Assembly (NCBI GenBank): GCA_042408215.1
Contig: JAYFMW010000020.1
Span: 128,001-192,000 of the forward strand
DNA from: Microcoleus sp.
Lineage (GTDB): Bacteria; Cyanobacteriota; Cyanobacteriia; Cyanobacteriales; Microcoleaceae
Direction of reading: 5' to 3'
Length of the DNA stretch: 64,000 nucleotides
Part shown: in pieces, positions 12,552 through 19,511 of the stretch
How positions within the stretch are numbered: position 1 is the first letter of the stretch
How the letters are laid out: every line of letters begins with the position of its first letter
The notes under the pieces: model-generated
Databases searched by the model: none
What the model saw: only the letters and a program-made list of their open reading frames with translations
Told to the model about the DNA's origin: nothing
Position numbers and translations under genes: made by a program

Positions 12552-12598
12552 CGATGGCGCTAAAATTTTCATTTTAAATGAAAATTTTAGCGCCATCG
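12552..12598. repeat. 47-bp palindrome (perfect 23-bp arms, 1-nt centre at 12575) inside the adhesin 5' coding region
   Basis: CGATGGCGCTAAAATTTTCATTT-T-AAATGAAAATTTTAGCGCCATCG. Confidence 0.97.
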
Positions 12599-12918
12599 GC
12601 GTTTTTGATAAGGCTTTGATAATCTTGTACTGAGGAGTCTACGAAAATAATTTGCTTGTTCATGTTGGGTACGTTCATAATTGCTGAAATTCTTGATATC
12701 TATCGTTTACATTCAAGTCCGGCTCTTGTTGAAACCCCCGCCTCAAAGCTTAATATCAAATCCGGTGGTATTGGAATTGATATTGCCCACAGTCAGGAAA
12801 CGGCAATGCCGTGTCCCTACAATTAATCGGGCGATGGTTACATCCGAAGGAGGACTAATGATTATTTGGGGGTAGGGAAACGGCATTGCCGTGTCCGATA
12901 TTGCTCAGGTTTTACGGT

Positions 12919-13740
12919 TTATTTAGCTTTCGCTACAATCGCACTAGCGCGGCTATTTGTTGCCTCTGTCCAAAAAGATAAGCCATCAAATCGCTCAAAC
13001 AAATCGGGAGGTAAAATCGTTGTTCTCGGTTTAAACTCTACTTGAGAACGCACTTGATGTAACCCTTTTGTTTGCAGTCTATTATCAAATTCTGGCTCTT
13101 CATATTGAACATTCTCGAAATCATGCTCGAAAGGCTCTTCGCCCAGAAATTGATAAATTAATGACATAGTTTTAGCCGGCCCTTTGGTTAATAGATCGTA
13201 ATCTACCAGTAGAAGAGATGCACTCTGTTCGCTGTAGAATGCTTCTTTCAGGGCGTTATAGGCATAACCCACTAAACGCGAACCTTGACTTAATGCTTCG
13301 GTACGGCTATAAACTGTAGCCCGTTCTGCTGGATTATTAAATAACCTGGAAACATCAAAGGCGTTGCGCCGAATTAGTAGCTCGATGCTATCCATAATCC
13401 AAGCGATATTTCTGACACAACAGATAATTTTAGCTTCAGGAAATAGTTCCCGAATTAATGGCAGTTTGCTGCACCACAGGCGATTGGTGTCGAAGATTAT
13501 TTCTTTGTCAACTTGCGGGTGGTAATAGGCAGAAAAAATGCTCAGAATCAGCGCTCTTTTTTGTTCCTGTGAAATAAATACGGAAAACTCATTGTCTTCG
13601 CTCATGGCTTCTAACATTCGCTCTACTAAACCCCCCACTGGGCTAGTCATGGCCGCGTGAAACCGGGGATTTTGGCGCAATAAAGCGGCCAGTAAAGTAG
13701 AGCCTGAGCGTGGTAGTCCTGAGATGAAATGGGCTTTCAC
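12919..13740 (-). CDS. PAPS-dependent sulfotransferase family protein
   Basis: 5'-PSB motif FISGLPRSGSTLLAALL; KIICCVRNIAWIMDS 3'-PB-like motif; LLVDYDLL...IYQFLG. Confidence 0.88.
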   Translation of the reverse strand: MKAHFISGLPRSGSTLLAALLRQNPRFHAAMTSPVGGLVERMLEAMSEDNEFSVFISQEQKRALILSIFSAYYHPQVDKEIIFDTNRLWCSKLPLIRELFPEAKIICCVRNIAWIMDSIELLIRRNAFDVSRLFNNPAERATVYSRTEALSQGSRLVGYAYNALKEAFYSEQSASLLLVDYDLLTKGPAKTMSLIYQFLGEEPFEHDFENVQYEEPEFDNRLQTKGLHQVRSQVEFKPRTTILPPDLFERFDGLSFWTEATNSRASAIVAKAK

Positions 13741-14287
13741 TGACCTTGCGTTGCAATGGGGTTGTATAAATCATATGCGAGGTAAATATATCATAGTAAG
13801 GGCATATTTTTTGAGATTATATGTTTATTTAATATTTCTTAACACAACCTCAAGGTTTACGATATCTTTATAATCTAGACATGGTGAGTAGGGACACGGC
13901 ACTGCCGTGTCCCTACTTGGGATTTCTAGATTGTGTAACAGTTAAAAAAGCCAAAGTTCGCAAAAATTAAGGATGAAAAGATCATTTCGCGATTGAAATC
14001 GGGGCAACCACGGCTGGGCTGTTTCATTCTTTGTAGGGGCAATCCCTCGTGAAGAGCCCCGACCGCTGAAACAGCAGATTGTGGATGGGGAGGGACGGGG
14101 TACGACAAGAGTCAAAATCCTGATTTCCCTGAGAATGAAACAGCCCTGGGGCAACCACGGGGGATTGCCCCTACACAAACTTTCGTCCCTCTCTGCGGAG
14201 ACTAAGAAATAAGGGGGTATTTAAGCCGGATTTGGGATCGGTCATTTTGAGGACTTTAGTCCTCACTACAAACCTCACTTTTAACTT

Positions 14288-15004
14288 ATGAAATCCACTA
14301 ATATCAACCCAACAACTAACAAATTACCGATTTCTGAGCCGGTAATTTCTCTGCACAAACTCGACCACTACTTCGGTCAAGGTCAACTGCGAAAACAGGT
14401 ACTTTCTGACATAAACATAGAAATTAATGCAGGTGAGATTGTGCTGATGACCGGGCCTTCTGGTTCAGGAAAAACAACGCTTTTGACTTTGATTGGCGGA
14501 CTGCGATCGGGTCAATCTGGAAGTCTCAAAATTCTTGGTCAAGAGATGTGTCATGCGAGTTCAGATAAATTGGTAAAGACGCGGCGCAACATTGGCTATA
14601 TTTTTCAGGCGCACAACTTGCACCGCAGTTTAACAGCACTACAAAACGTGCAAATGGGTTTGGAAGTTCACGGCAATTTGTCGCGTTCCGAAATGGGCGA
14701 TCGCTCTGCAAAAATGCTAGAATTAGTAGGACTGGAAGAGCGGATTAACTATTATCCAGATGACTTGTCAGGGGGACAGAAACAAAGAGTTGCGATCGCC
14801 CGCGCTTTGGTTAGTCATCCGCAAATTGTTTTAGCTGACGAACCAACAGCGGCCCTGGACAGCAAATCCGGTCGCGAAGTGGTGAATTTGATGCAGAAAC
14901 TTGCCAAAGAGCAAGGTTGTACTATTCTGTTAGTAACCCACGACAATCGAATTTTGGATATTGCCGATCGCATTATTCATCTGGAAGATGGCAAATTAGC
15001 ATAA
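14288..15004 (+). CDS. devA: DevA-family ABC exporter ATP-binding protein
   Basis: Walker A GPSGSGKTT, LSGGQKQRVAIARAL, LADEPTAALDSKSG, VTHDNRILD. Confidence 0.93.
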   Translation: MKSTNINPTTNKLPISEPVISLHKLDHYFGQGQLRKQVLSDINIEINAGEIVLMTGPSGSGKTTLLTLIGGLRSGQSGSLKILGQEMCHASSDKLVKTRRNIGYIFQAHNLHRSLTALQNVQMGLEVHGNLSRSEMGDRSAKMLELVGLEERINYYPDDLSGGQKQRVAIARALVSHPQIVLADEPTAALDSKSGREVVNLMQKLAKEQGCTILLVTHDNRILDIADRIIHLEDGKLA

Positions 15005-15154
15005 ATAGTTATTTGTTAGTTGTTAGTTGTTATTTGCGGTGCCCTGAGCGTAGTCGAAGGGTTATTGGTTATTTGCGGTGCCCTGAGCGTAGTCGAAGGG
15101 CACCGCAACTAACCAATAACAACTAACCAATAACAACTAACCCATAACTCATAA
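15005..15154. repeat. Heptamer repeat tract with two embedded small dispersed repeat copies (TGCGGTGCCCTGAGCGTAGTCGAAGGG)
   Basis: TAGTTAT/TTGTTAG and AACTAAC/CAATAAC units flank a direct duplication; a related CCCTGAGCGGAGTCGAAGGG occurs at ~52223. Confidence 0.7.
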
Positions 15155-16192
15155 CTAATGGGTAACAACCAATCCTTGGCGGTAAATCCCCAAATTCTTC
15201 TGATACATTGCTTCGAGTTTGGGCATCGAGGATTCCACAGAACCGCCAAAACGCCGAAAAGAAGGCCAGATGTCAGCGAGTTTTTTCACTGCTGACGACC
15301 ATCGACCCGCTTCTATATCTCCTAAGGCACCTTGTTCTCGGATTAATTCTATAGCTACAAGGTCTTGATTTTGCGGGCTGAAATCGTTGACACCAAATTT
15401 TTGGGCGAACCTGTCCCAGGTGGTGCTGAGAAACTGATATCGCCCCGCTGCGTCGGAACAGAGTTTTTTGCCGTAGCGGCGGCCGCACTTCATTTCCCTG
15501 GGATGGTCACTGAAACTGGCAAATTTGGTGCCGGTGTACTGAGTGCGGTAGCCATCGGGTGTAGCGGTGCCTTCGGCGGCGGCGATGGTGTCGAGAAAGG
15601 CTTTGACTCGATCGCGCTCGATGTTATGCTCTCCTTTGTCTGGTGACTTCAGCGTTGGAGTTTCCGGCTGTCGATCGCCCTCAATGTTATGCTCTCCTTT
15701 GTCTGGTGCATCGATGGCTGCAACGGACGGCCGGCGTTTCGGGGCGGGCGAGCTTTCTGCCGAGACTGATTGTCCCCACAGTCTGGGGGTGATTCGACTT
15801 AAGAAAAAACAAAAACAGATGCACAAACTCCAGGAGAGTTTAAAACCGAGGCGTTTGGGGCGTTTAGTGCTCACCACCGGCCACCCGTACATGGGGATTG
15901 CTGCGGGCAAAATTCCCGTTTGCTGACCGAAGGCGAACAGCGATTTCAGCGCTAGCAAAGTTTGCTTGCAGAGACTGGGTGCAAGTTTGTGAGCTCTCAT
16001 CTGCGCGGCGAAAGTCTCGACATCTGCCAGAGTAACTTGTGCTAACGGTTTTTCTACAAACAGCAGAAACTGGTTTGCCACCAGCCTGCTAAAGCCCTGG
16101 CTGCGGGGGGCTTGGCGCTTTACCCACAGACGAATTAGCTCGATGTCGTCCATAGGGTAAAGATGGTTTTCCAGATGTTCTTGTGCGTACAA
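15155..16192 (-). CDS. Fusion protein: N-terminal tyrosine-integrase SAM-like (core-binding) domain, hydrophobic segment, C-terminal lambda-type lysozyme (GH104)
   Basis: C-term RVKAFLDTIAAAEGT...FSDHPR...SDAAGRYQFLSTTWD...DFSPQNQD is lambda R-like. N-term DIELIRLW...FLLFVEKPLAQVTLADVETFA...LAPS...LLALKSLFAFG resembles cyanobacterial integrase N-termini. AGGAGG RBS lies 5 nt before the TTG start. Confidence 0.82.
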   Translation of the reverse strand: MYAQEHLENHLYPMDDIELIRLWVKRQAPRSQGFSRLVANQFLLFVEKPLAQVTLADVETFAAQMRAHKLAPSLCKQTLLALKSLFAFGQQTGILPAAIPMYGWPVVSTKRPKRLGFKLSWSLCICFCFFLSRITPRLWGQSVSAESSPAPKRRPSVAAIDAPDKGEHNIEGDRQPETPTLKSPDKGEHNIERDRVKAFLDTIAAAEGTATPDGYRTQYTGTKFASFSDHPREMKCGRRYGKKLCSDAAGRYQFLSTTWDRFAQKFGVNDFSPQNQDLVAIELIREQGALGDIEAGRWSSAVKKLADIWPSFRRFGGSVESSMPKLEAMYQKNLGIYRQGLVVTH

Positions 16193-16553
16193 GAGTACCT
16201 CCTGATATCACTTCCGGTTGAAATTTCCCTGTTTGTGGATTTGTGATTTTTGATTGGTTCCGCAGTGGAAATTCAGGTGTTGTACGGAACCAAATTGCCA
16301 ACGGGCGATCGCAAATCTCAAATTTCTCCGTATAAACCGAGGGGTAGGGACAGGGATCAAGACAAACTTGCTTCAACCATATTCAGTGATACTACTAAGT
16401 GTTCGCGGGGTCAAGTTGATTGGCCGATTTGGCGATGGGCTGAGTCTAAAATTTGGCGATGACCGAGGCACCGCCGTCCCAATTGACATAGGTTTCAAGG
16501 TGCGGGCGGCCGACTAGCTCAAAAGCGATCGCGCATTTTTTTGCGATCTAATA

Positions 16554-17471
16554 TTAAGAACTCTTCCGCTGTTTGGGTGCGGAGGATTGCAACTGTTGCT
16601 GATGGAGGAGATTCTTTCGTTTAGCCAGCATCAGGGAACCGTAGCGGTTAGCCCAAACTTGAGTAAACTCAGCACCTAAGAACAGAATCTGAGCCGAATA
16701 ATTGATCCAAAGTAAGATAATCACGAAGGAACCAGCAGCACCGTAGGTAGAGGCGATACCGCTACCTCCGAGGTAAATTCCAATTAGGGATTTGCCGATC
16801 GTAAACAACACGGAGGTGATAGCTGCGCCGATCCAAACATCGTTCCAAGCCAGATTAACATCGGGCAATAGTTTGTAAATTAAGGCAAACAGCAGCGTGA
16901 CTACACCAAAAGAAATGGCAAAGTCTACAATCTGCCAAATGCCGACGGGTAAGTGCAGCCAGCCGTTCAACCAATAGCTAACGGCTGCTAAAAGGGCGCT
17001 AATTACCAAAGAAACTAGCAGTAAAAAGCCTATGCCTAAAATCATGGCAAAAGACAGTACCCGGTCTTGCAAAAAGCCCCAGACGCCTCGTCCGGGGGCT
17101 GGTTTAACATTCCAAATAGTATTGAGGGCTTCTTTAAGATTAGTAAAAACGTTGGAAGCGCCCCACAAAAGTGTAGCAACCCCGACTAAGGTAGCAATCA
17201 TTCCCGATTTAGGTTCGGAGGCTTTGACGATCAAGTCTTGGACTGTTTGGGCGCCATCTTTGCCGATTAAACTTTGGAGTTGGGCGACGATTTGGCCTTG
17301 GGCTGCGTCGGCACCAAAGACTAAACCGGCGATCGCAATCACGATAATTAGCAGCGGGGCGAGAGAAAATACTGTGTAATACGCCAGGGCTGCTGCTAGG
17401 GTTGGCGCTTTATCTTCTTGCCATTCACTAAAAGTTTGTTTTAATAGCGATAAGACTGTTTTTAAGTTCAC
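16554..17471 (-). CDS. YihY/virulence factor BrkB family inner-membrane protein
   Basis: AAALAYYTVFSLAPLL, ALNTIW, YGAAGSFVIILLWINYSAQILFLGAE. Confidence 0.93.
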   Translation of the reverse strand: MNLKTVLSLLKQTFSEWQEDKAPTLAAALAYYTVFSLAPLLIIVIAIAGLVFGADAAQGQIVAQLQSLIGKDGAQTVQDLIVKASEPKSGMIATLVGVATLLWGASNVFTNLKEALNTIWNVKPAPGRGVWGFLQDRVLSFAMILGIGFLLLVSLVISALLAAVSYWLNGWLHLPVGIWQIVDFAISFGVVTLLFALIYKLLPDVNLAWNDVWIGAAITSVLFTIGKSLIGIYLGGSGIASTYGAAGSFVIILLWINYSAQILFLGAEFTQVWANRYGSLMLAKRKNLLHQQQLQSSAPKQRKSS

Positions 17472-17812
17472 GGCATTTAGTCGGATTTACTTATTGTTCA
17501 CAAGCAGATTTTACGAAGTCAAGAGTTTTTTAGCGTCAGCCACAAGATAGATTTATGGATCGGCAAATTACCTTTTTTATCTGTTTTGAACGAACCGCGA
17601 AGACGCTCATAGCGCGTTCGGCGAAGCCGTTCCCGAAGGGTAGGAAGAAAAGAGAAGGGAAGAGAAAGAGTTTACAAGTTTTACGGGTGTGCAGTAGGCA
17701 CTTACGAATACGGGTAGTGCGGATATCCGAAATGTGTGGCGATAAACCTATCTAAATCGCAAGCTAAAATAAAAGAATTAACCGAAAACATCTATAATAT
17801 TAGATATCTATC

Positions 17813-18709
17813 TTGAACAGCATTACTTCCCTAGAAATAGAAGTCGCCGAAACACTGCTGAGGTTGGCGATGTTGCTCGGCTTAACACTCTTAATCGCCT
17901 TTTTCGTGGCATCAGAATTGGCTTTAGTATCAGCAGACAGGCATCAAATCCGCCAACTCGCGCAGTTGTCCGACTCTCCAAAAACCGCCGCATCCGCCCA
18001 ACTCGTCCACCAAGCTCAAAACGACATCCCCCATTACCTATCCGTCACCCAAACGGGTACAACAGCAGGGAGTTTGCTCTTAGGTTGGCTGGGCGAAGGA
18101 GCGACGGTGCATTGGATCGAACCGTGGATTGACAAATTGCCTCTAGGTGATTTTCCCGCGATGCTGACTGCTCATGCGATCGCAGTTCCAGTAGCTTTCG
18201 TCTTAGTAACCTACGTGGAGATAGTCTTAGGAGAACTCATCCCCAAAGTATTAGCAAACCACGCCCCAGAACGCACCGCTTTACTGCTGATACGTCCCCT
18301 GAAAATCTGCTCTAATTTGCTGTGGCCATTGCTAGCAATTCTCAACGGTACTGTGCGGCTGATGACTGGTTGGATTACCCGCAATGAATCTCCACCTTTA
18401 CTATCATCTTCGGAGGCAACTATCGTTCAAAACGACGCACATTCTGTACTGCTTTCTGGGGGATGGGAAGTGACAGTAGTCAACGAAAAACTGGGATTAA
18501 AACTACCAACTAACGAGGCTTATAAAACAATAGCTGGATTTATGATTCACCATTTGGGTAAACTGCCAAATCAAGGGGAGCGATTGTTGTGGGGTGAGTT
18601 GGAAATAGAAGCAGCAAATGTAGTAGAAGGCAGTTTAGAAACAGTGCTGCTGCGTCAGGTAACTCGTCCTTTGTTTGAGACTCAACAGCCAGAACTTGTG
18701 TTGAATTGA
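17813..18709 (+). CDS. CNNM (DUF21) transmembrane domain plus CorC_HlyC transporter-associated domain, lacking CBS pair
   Basis: AFFVASELALVS, YLSVTQTGTT...LGWLGE, IVLGELIPKVLA; C-term LGLKLPTNEAYKTIAGFMIHHLGKLPNQGE. Confidence 0.85.
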   Translation: MNSITSLEIEVAETLLRLAMLLGLTLLIAFFVASELALVSADRHQIRQLAQLSDSPKTAASAQLVHQAQNDIPHYLSVTQTGTTAGSLLLGWLGEGATVHWIEPWIDKLPLGDFPAMLTAHAIAVPVAFVLVTYVEIVLGELIPKVLANHAPERTALLLIRPLKICSNLLWPLLAILNGTVRLMTGWITRNESPPLLSSSEATIVQNDAHSVLLSGGWEVTVVNEKLGLKLPTNEAYKTIAGFMIHHLGKLPNQGERLLWGELEIEAANVVEGSLETVLLRQVTRPLFETQQPELVLN

Positions 18710-18744
18710 ATAGCCGTTTTTAATAGGAGTAGGGACACTCAAGC

Positions 18745-18985
18745 GTGCCCATTGGTGTCAACTTAACGTCAAACCCAGTCAGAGAATGCTGTTTGACTAT
18801 TAAGCCTAGATCCCCCCGCATTCTTGCCCCCTACTCCCCCTTCTTAAGGGGGGGACAAGAGTCTTCTCAAAGTCAACCCCTACTCACACCCTACTCCCTT
18901 TTTAAGGGGGATTTAGGGGGATCTGGACTCAGGTAAAAACGAGATTTATCAAGGCTTTCAGGCTTAAGTTGACACCTATGGGCAC
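18745..18985. mobile_element. MITE-like element (22-bp terminal inverted repeats) nested in a REP-like GTAGGGACAC...GTGTCCCTAC cluster
   Basis: GTGCCCATTGGTGTCAACTTAA (18745-18766) vs TTAAGTTGACACCTATGGGCAC (18964-18985), 1 mismatch; internal CCCCC-TTAAG-GGGGG hairpins. Confidence 0.7.
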
Positions 18986-19161
18986 TGCCGTCTCCTCTTA
19001 CGGACACGACAATTAGGAGGACACGACAATTAGGAGGACACGACAATGCCGTGTCCCTACTGGCGATCGGGTTAAAACAATGTTAGGTTGTAATTGGTCG
19101 CTCAGTGCGACCACCTACCAGAAATCTGCAAATTGCATAAAGCAAAGTTTATGAGGTGGAT

Positions 19162-19356
19162 ATGCTGAAAACACTTTGGGCTACTGTTCGACAAGGGAAA
19201 ATTGAACTGCTGGAGTTATCAGAGTTACCCGAAGGGGCCAAAGTATTAGTAACACTCTTACCTGATGAAGAAGCTGAGTTTTGGCTTCAATCCAGTCAAA
19301 CATCACTAGACACAGTTTGGGATAATACTGAGGATTCAGATATTCGCTTAATTTAA
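19162..19356 (+). CDS. Small putative antitoxin-like protein, no toxin partner downstream
   Basis: MLKTLWATVRQGKIELLE...LPEGAKVLVTLL...FWLQSSQTSLDTVWDNTED resembles small proteins that precede PemK/MazF-like toxins; GAGG RBS. Confidence 0.5.
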   Translation: MLKTLWATVRQGKIELLELSELPEGAKVLVTLLPDEEAEFWLQSSQTSLDTVWDNTEDSDIRLI

Positions 19357-19511
19357 CCGTTCCCAGATATATTCATAATATTTGAAGCATTTCTTTTGCC
19401 CTTAAAAATCAAGCATATTTCAGTTTGTGAAGTAGGGACACGGCACTGCCGTCTCCTCTTACGGACACGGCAGTGCCGTGTCCCTACAGATATCCTCTAC
19501 TCCGCCTTTCA

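Larger units (their letters stand above)
3930..12678 (-). pseudogene. Giant (~2,915 aa reconstructed) surface/adhesin-like protein: DUF4347, Gly-rich region, cadherin/Ig-like domains, 14 x 114-aa repeats, PT linker, RTX Ca-binding C-terminus. Interrupted as assembled by an in-frame TAA (12576-12574) and a +1 indel (8065)
   Basis: MNKQIIFVDSSVQDYQSLI...IHILSHGSEG...DILLYGCDVG...GGDWDLE is DUF4347. Frame is open 12573-8066, and again 8064-3930 after removing the extra C at 8065. GGxGxDxL nonapeptides near the C-terminus. Confidence 0.88.

Noticed and set aside
15900..16192. Functional integrase or prophage
   Set aside because: Only the N-terminal binding-like domain is present, with no catalytic domain, att sites or other phage genes
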